Shown: positions 24,145 through 35,286, counted from the stretch's first letter. The stretch: DNA of 64,000 bases from Candidatus Nomurabacteria bacterium (GCA_016699085.1 CP064958.1:345375-409374), one strand, 5' to 3'. The notes: generated by a model not told the origin, from the sequence alone. Translations and numbers: made by a program.

Positions 24145-25926
24145 TTGTCTGTTATACTTGGTATAAGAATGCAAATCAAAGAAGAACAATTAAAAACTTT
24201 TATTGCAGAGGCAGGATTAGTTTCAAAAACAGATTTAACTGCAGCAATAAAAGAAGCCAAAGAGAAAGAGCAATCAATCGGCGACATACTCTTGTCCGCT
24301 GGTAAGATTACCGACTCTGATCTTAAACGTATGCAAGCCTACATATTGGGCATACCGTTTATTTCACTGCTTGGGGAAAAAATCCCATTTGAAATACTTT
24401 CGCTTATTCCTGAACCTATTGCTCGCAATCATAATATTATCGCGTATCGCAAGCGCGCTGATGAACTCGAAGTCGCAATGCTCGATATTGAAGACCTATC
24501 GGTGATTGACTTCATTAAGAAAAAAGTTGAACTTAAGATTTCTCCACGTTTGACTGATACTGAGTCTCTCAAACACGCACTCTCACAGTATAAGAAAAGT
24601 CTCAAGGCGGATTTTGATGACATCATCAAAAAAGAATCTGTCTCACTTAAGATGATCGCCGAAGAAAATGGTGAGGCAGGACTTTCAGGTAAAGAACTCA
24701 AAGCTATGGCTGATGATCTACCAGTCGTTAAGATTGTCGATACACTTATATCCCATGCAATTCTCCAAAATACATCTGATATCCATATTGAGCCTGAGGA
24801 AAATGAATTGCTTGTTCGCTACCGTATCGATGGCATACTCCATGATGCGATGGTACTACCAAAAGATGCAGCAGCTGGTATTACAGCGCGTATTAAAGTA
24901 CTTTCGAATTTAAAGCTTGATGAGAAACGATTGCCGCAGGATGGGCGCTTCAAAATCACGACTGAAGCCGGGGATCAGGTATCGTTTCGTGTCTCAACAT
25001 TGCCTACATATTATGGCGAGAAAACAGTTATCAGAATTTTGAAGGAAAATGCCAAAGGTTTTACCTTGGAAGGTTTGGGCTTCCACGGCGAAGCGATGGA
25101 GCGCATTCATGAAGGCATGAAGCAAAAAACAGGGATGATTTTAGCGACCGGACCGACTGGATCAGGTAAGACCACAACACTCTATACTGTGCTTGATATT
25201 TTAAACACTCCAGATGTTAATATTTCAACAGTTGAAGATCCAATTGAATATCAAATGCAGCGAATCAATCAAACGCAGGTAAAATCAGAAATTGGACTCA
25301 CGTTTGCTAATGGACTTCGCACGCTCTTGCGACAAGACCCAGATATTATTATGGTCGGTGAGATTCGTGATACCGAAACTGCATCGCTTGCAATTAACGC
25401 CGCACTGACCGGTCACTTGGTGCTCTCAACGATCCACACCAATTCTGCAGCAGGTGCTATTCCCCGAATGATAGACATGGGTGCGGAGTCATTTTTGATT
25501 GTCTCGACAGTGAAAACTATTATTGGCCAACGCCTTGTGAGAAAATTAACCAATACGAAAGAAAAATATTTTTTGAATCCGACTGAAATAGCTGCGCTAG
25601 CTAAAATCATAGATTTGGATCGGATGCTTACCATGATTAAGACTGAGAATATTGTGCCACAAGATGCGACCTGGGAGACGATACCGTTCTATAAAGCTAT
25701 ACCTTCTGAAGAATCTGAATCAGGTTATAGTGGCCGACTTGGTATTCATGAAGTGCTAAAAGTGACGACAAGTATTAAGGAACTCATACTAAAAGGTGCC
25801 TCAGAAGATGTTATTTCAGAACAAGCCAAGAAAGAAGGTATGATGACGATGCTTGAAGATGGTTTATATATGGCAGTGTCTGGATTAACCACAACAGAGG
25901 AAGTGCTACGAGTCGTGTCTGAATAG
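24145..25926 (+). CDS. pilB: type IV pilus assembly ATPase PilB (GspE family)
   Basis: N-terminal GspII_E domain, Walker A GPTGSGKTT, Asp box and His box; 593 aa. Confidence 0.92.
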   Translation: MSVILGIRMQIKEEQLKTFIAEAGLVSKTDLTAAIKEAKEKEQSIGDILLSAGKITDSDLKRMQAYILGIPFISLLGEKIPFEILSLIPEPIARNHNIIAYRKRADELEVAMLDIEDLSVIDFIKKKVELKISPRLTDTESLKHALSQYKKSLKADFDDIIKKESVSLKMIAEENGEAGLSGKELKAMADDLPVVKIVDTLISHAILQNTSDIHIEPEENELLVRYRIDGILHDAMVLPKDAAAGITARIKVLSNLKLDEKRLPQDGRFKITTEAGDQVSFRVSTLPTYYGEKTVIRILKENAKGFTLEGLGFHGEAMERIHEGMKQKTGMILATGPTGSGKTTTLYTVLDILNTPDVNISTVEDPIEYQMQRINQTQVKSEIGLTFANGLRTLLRQDPDIIMVGEIRDTETASLAINAALTGHLVLSTIHTNSAAGAIPRMIDMGAESFLIVSTVKTIIGQRLVRKLTNTKEKYFLNPTEIAALAKIIDLDRMLTMIKTENIVPQDATWETIPFYKAIPSEESESGYSGRLGIHEVLKVTTSIKELILKGASEDVISEQAKKEGMMTMLEDGLYMAVSGLTTTEEVLRVVSE

Positions 25927-25940
25927 GCAAAAAATATACT

Positions 25941-27158
25941 ATGCAATTTTCATACAAAGCAAAAAATAAAGAGGGGGTGCAGACTGACGGTGTTCTTGAG
26001 GCATCAGACAAATTTGCCGCAGCCAAAGCGTTACGTGCGCAAGGACTCATACCGGTCATGCTTACACTTACAAAAGTAAAGGCATTAGGTGGACTTTCCT
26101 TTCTGAGTGGATTATTTGGCGGCGTTAAACTTCACGAAAAAATAATTTTTACCAGAAATCTAAGCGGTATGCTTTCGGCTGGGCTGTCACTGTATCGGGC
26201 TTTATCAGTCTTGGAGAAGCAGACAATAAATGAGAAATTTAAGAAAATATTAAATATGCTTATCAAGGACATTGACCGGGGTGGCACACTGTCTGAAGGT
26301 ATGGGGAAATTTCCAAAAGTATTCTCTACGCTGTTTGTCTCTATGGTACGTGCTGGAGAGGAATCTGGAAGTATGCCACAGACATTGACCGAAGTTGGTG
26401 GCACACTTGAGAAGACCTATGCGCTCAATAAGAAAATAAAGGGCGCGCTCATGTATCCGTCTATTATCTTGATTGCGATTGTACTCATTGGTATTTTGAT
26501 GATGATATTTGTCGTACCAACACTCACGAATACATTTAAAGACTTAGATGTAGAATTACCGAAAAGTACACAGCTAGTTATATTTATTAGTGATTCGCTC
26601 TCACAGAGCCCTGTTATTACATTCCTTGTTCTCTTCACTTTTGCAGGGGGATTGTTTGGAATTTCAAGAATAAAAGGTCTTAAAAAATACACTGATTTTA
26701 TTGTTATTCGTATACCAGTTATCGGTGGCATTGTGCAAGAAGTAAATGCTGCCCGTACAGCTCGAACACTATCCTCACTTTTGAACGCAGGTGTTGATAT
26801 GACTAAAGCATTAACAATTACTGAAGAAGTGGTTCAGAACATGTATTACAAAGCTGTTATTACCAAGGCGATTGCGTCAGTACAAAAAGGTATCACACTC
26901 TCCTCAATATTTAAGGAAGCAGATCGGCTCTATCCAATCATGGTTGGAGAAATGATGGAAGTTGGAGAAGAAACTGGCAAATTATCAAGCATGCTTATGG
27001 ATATCGCCACCTTCTACGAAGGTGAGGTTGATACAAAAACAAAAGATCTATCAACTATTATTGAGCCGATTCTAATGATTTTCATTGGTGGTGCTGTCGG
27101 ATTTTTTGCGATATCAATGATTTCACCGATGTATTCCTTAATGGATAGTGTTTCATAA
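25941..27158 (+). CDS. pilC: type IV pilus inner-membrane platform protein PilC (GspF family)
   Basis: two T2SSF repeats, 405 aa; 14 nt after pilB. Confidence 0.9.
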   Translation: MQFSYKAKNKEGVQTDGVLEASDKFAAAKALRAQGLIPVMLTLTKVKALGGLSFLSGLFGGVKLHEKIIFTRNLSGMLSAGLSLYRALSVLEKQTINEKFKKILNMLIKDIDRGGTLSEGMGKFPKVFSTLFVSMVRAGEESGSMPQTLTEVGGTLEKTYALNKKIKGALMYPSIILIAIVLIGILMMIFVVPTLTNTFKDLDVELPKSTQLVIFISDSLSQSPVITFLVLFTFAGGLFGISRIKGLKKYTDFIVIRIPVIGGIVQEVNAARTARTLSSLLNAGVDMTKALTITEEVVQNMYYKAVITKAIASVQKGITLSSIFKEADRLYPIMVGEMMEVGEETGKLSSMLMDIATFYEGEVDTKTKDLSTIIEPILMIFIGGAVGFFAISMISPMYSLMDSVS

Positions 27159-28962
27159 TATGCAACGATATAAAACAAACAGATATCGTGGTATGACACT
27201 AATTGAGACGCTTGTTGCGATAGGATTTTTCATGGTTGTGTCTGTCGCATTGTATGAAGTGTATGTAAAAATTATAAAGACTACGACGATTTTAAATGCA
27301 CGTGTTGTTGCAGCGTCTCTAGCAAATGAAGAATTTGAAATTTTACGTAATATGCCATATGCAAGTGTCGGAACTCAAGGTGGCATTCCATCAGGTTCTG
27401 TCCCACATATCCAGACATTAACACGTGATGGTATTTCATTTGATGTGACAACAACAATTCGAAATATTGACGAAGCATTCGATGGCACCATCGGAGGCAC
27501 ACCCAATGATCTTTCTCCAGCTGATAATAAGCTAGTAACGATTGAGATTACTTGTGCAGTGTGTGAAAATTTTGTTCCACTCATGTATACAACCCACATC
27601 GCGCCAAAAGATTTGGAGACAGCTTCAACGAATGGGGCACTCATTATCAATGTTTTTGATGCAAATGGAGTAGCGCTGCCTGATGCCACAATCACCATTG
27701 ATAATCCAACCCTCGTTCCAGCTGTCCATATAAGCGATGTTAGTGGTGTGGATGGCACGCTTACTATTGTTGATGCACCGCCAGCAGTCGGTTCGTACCA
27801 TATTGTCGTAACGAAAGACGGCTATTCTACAGACCAGTCATATCCGCCGAATGCAGTCGATAATCCAAATCCTACAACCCCCGATGCAACAGTTGTTGTG
27901 CAGCAAATTAGTCAGGTAAGCTTTAGTATTGATAAAACGAGCACGCTAACGACTACGACAACGAGCGATACGTGCGTTGCAAAGCCTGGGGTAACGTATG
28001 AACTTTCAGGATCAAAAATAATTGGGACAACGCCTGATGTGTTGAAATATACATCTACAGAAACTACTGACAGTTCTGGGGTAAAGACTATCACAGGCCT
28101 TGAATGGGACACCTATACGATTGCACTCGCCGACTCAACCTATGATCTTATTGGTACTAATCCATTGCTGTCGCTCGGCCTCTTGCCTGATTCACTGCAA
28201 AACATGCAGCTCATTGTCGCACCAAAGAACCCAAATCGATTACTTGTTGTTGTCAGGGATCAATCAACCGGGTTGCCTATTACAGATGCTCATGTTGAAG
28301 TGGCAACTGAAGATTTGTCATATGATGTCATTCAAAGAACTGGTGAAGGATTTTTGACGCAGACTGATTGGTCGGGTGGTAGTGGACAGGAAGATTTTAT
28401 TGATCCGACTCTTTACTATAGTTCAGACGGTAATATCGATACGACGAGTCCAACGGGTGAATTAAAATTGCGAAATGTATTTGGTACCTACGTAACGAGT
28501 GGATATCTAACCTCCTCAACATTCGATACGAATGGAGAAAATAATTTCCATCAGATTTATTGGTCACCTACATCACAACCCGCACAAACTGGCAGTGATA
28601 GCATTAAGTTTCAAGTGGCTACCAACAATGATAATACAACTTGGGATTTTAGAGGTCTTGATGGTACAGACGCTACCTACTATACTACCGAGGATAATGC
28701 ATTGAGTGCACTTCTCAATGGTAATCGATATTTTCGTTATCGAGTGTTTCTCGCCACAGCTGATACAGCTGTCACGCCGTCAATATCGGATATTTCATTT
28801 ACGTTTACAACCTCATGTACCCCACCTGGGCAAGTTTCATTCAGTGGACTTTCGCCCGGAGAGTATACGGTGTCTGTTATCAAAGCTGGATACCAGACGT
28901 ATTCTGGATCAGTAACTATTAATTCAAATTGGCAGAAACTTGAAGTTGCTATAACGCCATAA
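27148..28962 (+). CDS. large prepilin-type N-terminal domain protein (pilin-like, 604 aa)
   Basis: class III signal RG|MTLIETLVAIGFFMVV; overlaps the pilC stop by 11 nt; Thr/Ser-rich beta-rich body. Confidence 0.65.
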   Translation: MFHNMQRYKTNRYRGMTLIETLVAIGFFMVVSVALYEVYVKIIKTTTILNARVVAASLANEEFEILRNMPYASVGTQGGIPSGSVPHIQTLTRDGISFDVTTTIRNIDEAFDGTIGGTPNDLSPADNKLVTIEITCAVCENFVPLMYTTHIAPKDLETASTNGALIINVFDANGVALPDATITIDNPTLVPAVHISDVSGVDGTLTIVDAPPAVGSYHIVVTKDGYSTDQSYPPNAVDNPNPTTPDATVVVQQISQVSFSIDKTSTLTTTTTSDTCVAKPGVTYELSGSKIIGTTPDVLKYTSTETTDSSGVKTITGLEWDTYTIALADSTYDLIGTNPLLSLGLLPDSLQNMQLIVAPKNPNRLLVVVRDQSTGLPITDAHVEVATEDLSYDVIQRTGEGFLTQTDWSGGSGQEDFIDPTLYYSSDGNIDTTSPTGELKLRNVFGTYVTSGYLTSSTFDTNGENNFHQIYWSPTSQPAQTGSDSIKFQVATNNDNTTWDFRGLDGTDATYYTTEDNALSALLNGNRYFRYRVFLATADTAVTPSISDISFTFTTSCTPPGQVSFSGLSPGEYTVSVIKAGYQTYSGSVTINSNWQKLEVAITP

Positions 28963-28966
28963 TTTT

Positions 28967-29563
28967 ATGTCAAAAGGATTTACACTTATTGAATTGCTTG
29001 TAACCCTTGCTGTCATCGGTATTGTGGTTACGATCGTGGGAAGATTTAGTGGTGATACATTTTATTTTTCAAATATCTTTTCACATTCACTCAATACTTC
29101 TGATCAAGCGCGCCGTATTCTAAGGCCGATGGCGGATGAAATCAGATCAATATCGCCATCATCAGCTGGGGCATATCCAATTGAGCAAGCTGCATCAAAT
29201 GCATTTATTTTTTTCTCTGATATAGATAATGATGGACTCAAGGAACGTGTGCGATACTATGTAAGTGGTACACTACTGAAGAAAGGTGTCACTAAACCAA
29301 CAGGTAATAATTTTACATATGATCCTAGCTCGGAAGTTATTATTGATGTTGTTGAGGGTGTCCAAAACGGTGCGAGTCCAGTTTTTGAATATTATGATAC
29401 TAACTATGATGGCACAACGAACCCATTAGTGCAGCCAGTTATCATTTCAACTATACGGCTAGTGAAGGTCACCTTTATTATTGATGAAGATGTCAATCGA
29501 ATGCCGGGTCCGATGACAGTAATGACTCAAGTCTCAATGAGAAATCTTAAAGATAATTTATGA
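28967..29563 (+). CDS. prepilin-type pseudopilin
   Basis: MSKG|FTLIELLVTLAVIGIVV canonical N-terminal methylation motif. Confidence 0.7.
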   Translation: MSKGFTLIELLVTLAVIGIVVTIVGRFSGDTFYFSNIFSHSLNTSDQARRILRPMADEIRSISPSSAGAYPIEQAASNAFIFFSDIDNDGLKERVRYYVSGTLLKKGVTKPTGNNFTYDPSSEVIIDVVEGVQNGASPVFEYYDTNYDGTTNPLVQPVIISTIRLVKVTFIIDEDVNRMPGPMTVMTQVSMRNLKDNL

Positions 29564-31050
29564 GAATAAAAGGATTTATACTTCTTAATACTATTGTTTT
29601 CTCAGCAATCGCGATTACGCTTGTTGTGGCATTTGTTGGCTGGGCAGGTGCTAGTTTAAAATCAGCAGCAAATCTGGTGAAGCGTGAGCAAGCTTTTGCA
29701 ATTGCAGAAGCGGGTATTGATTATTATCGATGGCATTTAGCGCATGCAACGAATGACTATCAGGATGGTACAGGTCAGCCCGGTCCGTACGTTCACGCAT
29801 TTAATGATAAAGATGGCAATCAAATCGGAACTTTTACACTTACGATTACACCGCCGCCTATTGGCTCGACACTTGTGATTATTGAGTCAAAAGGTACGCT
29901 TATCTCTGATCCAAATATATCGCGCACAGTTGTTACACACCTCGCCATACCTTCCTGGGCACGGTTTGCACTCGTGACTAATGCTGATACGCGCTTTATT
30001 GAAGGTGCTGAATTTTTTGGTCCAGTACATTCAAATGGGGGGATACGATTTGATGCTTTGGCACATAACCTAGTGACCAGCGGCAAAGCATCGTATATTG
30101 ATACGAGTCATCCTGGAACTACTCAAGAATTTGGTGTTCATACTCATGTAAAACCTCCTCCACAAAATGGTATTTCCGGGGGTAACTATGTAGCCGCTGA
30201 GGCCCCACCATCTGTTATGGAAAATCGACCTGATGTTTTTATTGCCGGCAGACAATTTCCAGTACCGCAAGTAGATTTTGTAGGTATTACTAGCAATTTA
30301 GCAGCATTTAAGACAGATGCACAAACAAGTGGGTATTATTTTGCCGCATCTGGTGCTCTGGGATACCACATTGTTCTAAAAACCGACGATACATTTGATA
30401 TATATAGGGTAAACAGCTTAGCTCCAGTCCCACGCAATTCATGTAAAAATATATCGAACCAAAACGGCTGGGGAACCTGGAGTATCAACCCATCCGCTGG
30501 TGGTCAGACGCTTATTGGCAATTTCCCTAATCCAATGAATGGGCTCATCTTTACAGAAGATGATGTTTGGGTTGACGGTACAGTCAACAGTGCTCGCCTT
30601 ACTATTGCAGCAGCAAAATTTCCTGACAACCCCTCAACAAGAAAAAATATAATTATAAATCACAGTATTAATTATACTAACTTTGATGGGCAGGATGTTG
30701 TTGGGCTTATTGCACAGAATAATGCCATTATCGGGCTTTTTGCTGATGAAGAACTTGTTATCAATGCTGCACTTATTGCACAAAATGGGAATTTGATCCG
30801 ATATAATTATCCTGGCCCTGGTAATGGTAATGGCTCAGCACAATGCTCACCGAATGATGTACTTACCTCATTTAATTCATACGGTATGATTGGTAGCAAT
30901 TTACAGGGAGTACTAAGCTATAGTAATGATGCAAGTGGATTTTTATCTCGTACCTATACGTACGATGCTAATTTGCTCTATAGTCCGCCACCATCATTTC
31001 CGAGGACATCAGATAAATATTCAACAATATTTTGGCAAGAGCTGCAGTAA
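29560..31050 (+). CDS. pilin-like/minor pilin hypothetical protein (496 aa)
   Basis: N-terminus MRIKGFILLNTIVFSAIAITLVVAF pilin-like hydrophobic helix; ATGA overlap with the previous gene. Confidence 0.5.
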   Translation: MRIKGFILLNTIVFSAIAITLVVAFVGWAGASLKSAANLVKREQAFAIAEAGIDYYRWHLAHATNDYQDGTGQPGPYVHAFNDKDGNQIGTFTLTITPPPIGSTLVIIESKGTLISDPNISRTVVTHLAIPSWARFALVTNADTRFIEGAEFFGPVHSNGGIRFDALAHNLVTSGKASYIDTSHPGTTQEFGVHTHVKPPPQNGISGGNYVAAEAPPSVMENRPDVFIAGRQFPVPQVDFVGITSNLAAFKTDAQTSGYYFAASGALGYHIVLKTDDTFDIYRVNSLAPVPRNSCKNISNQNGWGTWSINPSAGGQTLIGNFPNPMNGLIFTEDDVWVDGTVNSARLTIAAAKFPDNPSTRKNIIINHSINYTNFDGQDVVGLIAQNNAIIGLFADEELVINAALIAQNGNLIRYNYPGPGNGNGSAQCSPNDVLTSFNSYGMIGSNLQGVLSYSNDASGFLSRTYTYDANLLYSPPPSFPRTSDKYSTIFWQELQ

Positions 31051-31070
31051 TCTCATGCTATACTTGGTGC

Positions 31071-31838
31071 ATGGAATCAAAGCGGAAAATTATTGTTGGC
31101 AACTGGAAAATGAATCCAGTCGGATCTTCGAAAGCTCTTGCAATATTTAAAGCAATAAAAAAAGAACATCATTCGTATAAGAATATCGATGTCATAGTTG
31201 CAGTTCCGTGTGTCTATTTACCAGTTTTGAAATTATTAGCCTCAAAACGTCTTAGTTTGGCTGCACAGAATGCCTTTTATGAAGCCGCTGGTCCCTTTAC
31301 AGGAGAAATGGCAATAAGTATGTTGCAAGAAGTAGGTGCAACAGCAGTTATTGTCGGACACTCAGAGCGTCGTGCTCTTGGAGAAACTAATGAGCTTATA
31401 AATAAAAAAGTAAAAGCTGCACTCAAGAAAAATATATTGCCAATCCTCTGTATCGGCGAGAGTACTCGTGAAGATGATGTATGGTATTTACATGCTGTAA
31501 AATCGCAATTGGAAGAATGTCTTAAAGATGTAAAAGCATCAGAACTCAAGTCACTTGTTATTGCTTATGAGCCACTATGGGCAATCGGTAAAGATGCCAA
31601 AAGAGTTGCTACACCTATTGAATCAGAAGAAATGGCTATATATATACGAAAAGTGCTTACCGATCTATTTGGTGCACGATATGCAGCACTACCGCGGATT
31701 ATTTACGGCGGTTCAGTAGATGAGCAAAATGCGCAAGGTTTCTTGTATCATGGCGGTGTTGATGGACTACTGCCAGGACGTGTTAGTCTTGAACCAAAGA
31801 AATTTTTAAAAATTCTAGCAATGGCAAACGAGATGTAA
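31071..31838 (+). CDS. tpiA: triosephosphate isomerase
   Basis: IIVGNWKMN ... VIVGHSERR ... YEPLWAIG ... GGSV signatures; start at 31071 (MESKRK) rather than the track's 31032. Confidence 0.9.
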   Translation: MESKRKIIVGNWKMNPVGSSKALAIFKAIKKEHHSYKNIDVIVAVPCVYLPVLKLLASKRLSLAAQNAFYEAAGPFTGEMAISMLQEVGATAVIVGHSERRALGETNELINKKVKAALKKNILPILCIGESTREDDVWYLHAVKSQLEECLKDVKASELKSLVIAYEPLWAIGKDAKRVATPIESEEMAIYIRKVLTDLFGARYAALPRIIYGGSVDEQNAQGFLYHGGVDGLLPGRVSLEPKKFLKILAMANEM

Positions 31839-31845
31839 TAAATAT

Positions 31846-32949
31846 ATGAAATCAATTACGAGTATTAAAAGCCTACAAAACAAGATTGTCTTATTGCGTG
31901 CTGACTTTAATGTACCAATTGAAAATGGCAAAGTCCGGGATGCATTTCGTATCGAAAAAACATTGCCAACAATAGACTATCTCGTAAAAAAAGGTGCTCG
32001 GATCATCATCGTCTCACATGCTGGTGAAGATGGTAGTGTTTCTTTGCAGCCAGTTGCGACATGGCTGTCAAAAAAAATGAAAGTTCGATTCATAACAGAT
32101 CCATTACCAAATGCAATTGAGTTTAATACTACTAAAATAGTATTGCTTGAAAACATTAGGCAAAATAGTGGTGAAATGAATAATGATAGGACATTTGCAA
32201 AAAAATTAGCTAGACTTGCGGATGTGTATGTCAATGATGCTTTTTCTGTCTCACATAGAAAGCATGCATCACTCGTTCTTATACCTAAATTGCTCCCAAG
32301 TTATGCAGGACTTCAGGTAATGGAGGAAGTTAAGCATTTGTCGCTGATTTTAAAACCGAAACACCCATTTCTTTTTATTCTAGGCGGCGCTAAGTTTGAC
32401 ACAAAAATGCCTCTTATAGATAAATTTATACAATCTGCAGACCATATGCTTATTACTGGAGCGCTCATGAATAATTTTTTTAAAGATGCAGGGTTTGAAA
32501 TTGGTAAGTCATTATATGAACCGAAGGATTTTCATTTACAAAAGCTTCTAAAAACGCCTAAGTTACTTTTACCTGTTGATGTAGTCGTAACACAAAAAGA
32601 TGGTGGTAAGCAAACTAAGTCGATTGCTGAAATTACATCAAAGGATATTATTGTTGATATTGGCAGTCGAACAGTACAAGAAGTTGCACTACTTATTGCA
32701 AAAGCTAAATTAGTTGTTTGGAATGGTCCAACGGGCCTCTATGAAAAAGGATTTGATAGAGGGACGCGCGGTGTACTTGAACTATTAGTAAAATCCAAGG
32801 CAACTACCATAATTGGTGGAGGTGATACAGTCGCATTAGTTCACAAACTTCATCTAGAGAAAAAATTTACTTTCGTCTCAACAGGAGGAGGGGCCACCTT
32901 GGCATTTTTGACTAAAGGTACTTTGCCTGGGCTGAAAGCGTTAGAATAA
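31846..32949 (+). CDS. pgk: phosphoglycerate kinase
   Basis: VLLRADFNVPIENGKVRDAFRIEKTLPTIDYLVKKGARIIIVSHAG N-domain signature; tpiA-pgk adjacency. Confidence 0.88.
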   Translation: MKSITSIKSLQNKIVLLRADFNVPIENGKVRDAFRIEKTLPTIDYLVKKGARIIIVSHAGEDGSVSLQPVATWLSKKMKVRFITDPLPNAIEFNTTKIVLLENIRQNSGEMNNDRTFAKKLARLADVYVNDAFSVSHRKHASLVLIPKLLPSYAGLQVMEEVKHLSLILKPKHPFLFILGGAKFDTKMPLIDKFIQSADHMLITGALMNNFFKDAGFEIGKSLYEPKDFHLQKLLKTPKLLLPVDVVVTQKDGGKQTKSIAEITSKDIIVDIGSRTVQEVALLIAKAKLVVWNGPTGLYEKGFDRGTRGVLELLVKSKATTIIGGGDTVALVHKLHLEKKFTFVSTGGGATLAFLTKGTLPGLKALE

Positions 32950-33040
32950 TTTTATAAAATTACCTATTGGTTATGTATTGTAAGATAAGTTTGGTACACT
33001 TATATATACATAAATTATATTTAAAACAAAAAGGTATAGT

Positions 33041-34858
33041 ATGTCATTTTTACGAAACCCACAATACGATGTTGTTAAATTATTTTTCCTCGCAGTTACT
33101 ATTATTGCACTTGGGGTTTTTATAGTTTTCAATATTAACAATAGAAACAACTTTAATAGTGCGCTCGTGGGAGATACACTGGCACCTTCTATTCCAACGG
33201 GGTTAACAGTAGAATCAACAACGTCATCGTCAGTCACTCTTTCCTGGGATCCATCGACTGGTGATGTTGCTAACTATACTGTCTACCAAATTACCGATGA
33301 TGGGGATGTTCCAGGTGATGGTATTATGATTAATGTTTCGACTGCCCCAGGCACACCAATTGCAAAAGATATCTATGGTGTCGCAGTGAATAATCTCGGA
33401 CGCGACTATGTTGAATTTGGAACTAACCCGCTTTGGAATTCGATGCTCGATGAGATCGGATTTACCAGTGCGGCATATACAGCTGGCGCGGAAGATCGAT
33501 GGATACATCCAGTGTCTGCAACAGGTGGATTTGATAGTGGCAGGGAGTTTTCTGTACTAGCAGCTCCTGTTGGTATGGGAGCAAACATTGACGAAATTTT
33601 TTACCATACACAAAAGACCACAGGTGCATATAATCTACAAAAAAAGAATAACGATACCAATGTTGATTTTTGGGACGTGACCGCTGACTACATTAAAAAC
33701 CATAATCAAAAAATGGTGTTTACTGCTAATGTCATCCGCGGTACTACAGAAGAGATGGGAACATTCATTAACTCTATTGGTACACACGGTATTAGTAAAT
33801 ACAAACTCCGGTACGGTCAAGAAGTACCGAGTGGCGAAGGGGGAAGTCTTACTTCAAATGAGTACATTGCAAAGCTCAACGAATTTGATGCATACCTTAA
33901 TAGTCACTATGGATCTCTCCCTGAGCGAGTAGTAAATATGGCTGATCATACAACGTGTCCGAATACTAATCAGACCAATTGCTGGGATAACAATGCAGTC
34001 TATCAATGGGCACTTGCCCATGACGTAGAAGAATTTAGTCAGTATTTCTGGCTCGATGGTATACAAGCCACCGCAGATACTCAGTTCAAAAATATTGATG
34101 ATTACTTTGCGCAATCGAATACTCTCCTGCAGACAAGTCTCAACAATGATGTACTCGTTCGTTTAACGCAGTACCAAGACGATATGCCAAATCTTAAAAT
34201 GCATCTTGGGCAATACGGCATGAGTTTGCAACGAAGTGGATATGCTGCGCATACAATGCTTCACGGAGTTATGCTTTGGAATTTATTGTTTGAGATTCTT
34301 AAATTTAACAGCGAGCACAATAACTTTGTAAATTCTGCAATTTTCTTGGAGAACGAAACTGCTGTCAGTCCGTATGGGGCAGGCGATTCTTCTTTCACTA
34401 TTGATCCGAGTTTTATTCAAACAAGTGGTTCAAAATCATTTGTAAAACGAGTTCCGGGTGTTGCGTATGAAATGTTAAAGCCAGTTTTCACTTCGGCAAA
34501 CCCATTGTTTGTACAAACAGAAATTACAAATCGTGCCACAGGACTCGATGCAATAGCAGTAAAAAGCGATAAGACCAGATTATATATTTACAACAATGGT
34601 CCGGAGAAAACAATTTCAGGACTGACACTTAACAGTGCTCCGATTACTGGTTCGCATTATAGAAATGCACTTTGGAGTGAAAAATTGTACGGTTCAATCG
34701 GTAGTTCTCCCGCATATTCAACCTTTAAAGACGAGGATCACATCGAAGCAAATCCAAATCTGCAAGCAATTCCAGCCCAGGCCGAAAAAGGTAATATTGA
34801 TTTAGGAAATCCAATTACTATTAGGCCGTACAGTATTACCGTAATTGATCTTGAGTAA
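33041..34858 (+). CDS. membrane-anchored surface hypothetical protein (FN3-like N-domain)
   Basis: N-terminal TM; SSVTLSWDPSTGDVANYTVYQ fibronectin-III-like; 605 aa. Confidence 0.5.
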   Translation: MSFLRNPQYDVVKLFFLAVTIIALGVFIVFNINNRNNFNSALVGDTLAPSIPTGLTVESTTSSSVTLSWDPSTGDVANYTVYQITDDGDVPGDGIMINVSTAPGTPIAKDIYGVAVNNLGRDYVEFGTNPLWNSMLDEIGFTSAAYTAGAEDRWIHPVSATGGFDSGREFSVLAAPVGMGANIDEIFYHTQKTTGAYNLQKKNNDTNVDFWDVTADYIKNHNQKMVFTANVIRGTTEEMGTFINSIGTHGISKYKLRYGQEVPSGEGGSLTSNEYIAKLNEFDAYLNSHYGSLPERVVNMADHTTCPNTNQTNCWDNNAVYQWALAHDVEEFSQYFWLDGIQATADTQFKNIDDYFAQSNTLLQTSLNNDVLVRLTQYQDDMPNLKMHLGQYGMSLQRSGYAAHTMLHGVMLWNLLFEILKFNSEHNNFVNSAIFLENETAVSPYGAGDSSFTIDPSFIQTSGSKSFVKRVPGVAYEMLKPVFTSANPLFVQTEITNRATGLDAIAVKSDKTRLYIYNNGPEKTISGLTLNSAPITGSHYRNALWSEKLYGSIGSSPAYSTFKDEDHIEANPNLQAIPAQAEKGNIDLGNPITIRPYSITVIDLE

Positions 34859-34871
34859 TTACTGTTTCAGT

Positions 34872-34905
34872 AAATCAAAAGCGCCTATAAGGCGCTTTTG
34901 ATTTT
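34872..34905. terminator. bidirectional terminator between convergent genes
   Basis: AAATCAAAAGCGCCT-tata-AGGCGCTTTTGATTTTTT; overlaps the stop of the HIT gene. Confidence 0.8.
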
Positions 34906-35286
34906 TTCTGCGATTATCGATAACGCTTCAATGTTTGCCATCTCTTTGCCTTCACCCATGCAATCATCGTTTTCTTCATAGCAAGGGAATAATTTTAAAT
35001 GACCATGGTTAACTTCTAGGCCTTCCATGACTTGTATGCATCGACGAGAACCAAGAGATGTATCAATCGCTCGTGCTATACGTTTAGTAAAAAGATGCAT
35101 ACTTGCAAACTCGTTATCGTCTAAAGATTGATACAGGTAACTCGAAACATGTTTTTTAGTAGCAATGACAGTCATACCAGGATATTTTGGGAATACTCCT
35201 AGGAAGGCAATGAAATTATCGTCTTCAAGAATCTTTGCCGAAGGAATTTCTCTACTTACAATTTTACAAAAAATACAGTTTTCCAT
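34885..35286 (-). CDS. HIT family hydrolase
   Basis: MENCIFCKIVSREIPSAKILEDDNFIAFLGVFP ... NHGHLKLF histidine-triad-like motif. Confidence 0.8.
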   Translation of the reverse strand: MENCIFCKIVSREIPSAKILEDDNFIAFLGVFPKYPGMTVIATKKHVSSYLYQSLDDNEFASMHLFTKRIARAIDTSLGSRRCIQVMEGLEVNHGHLKLFPCYEENDDCMGEGKEMANIEALSIIAEKIKSAL

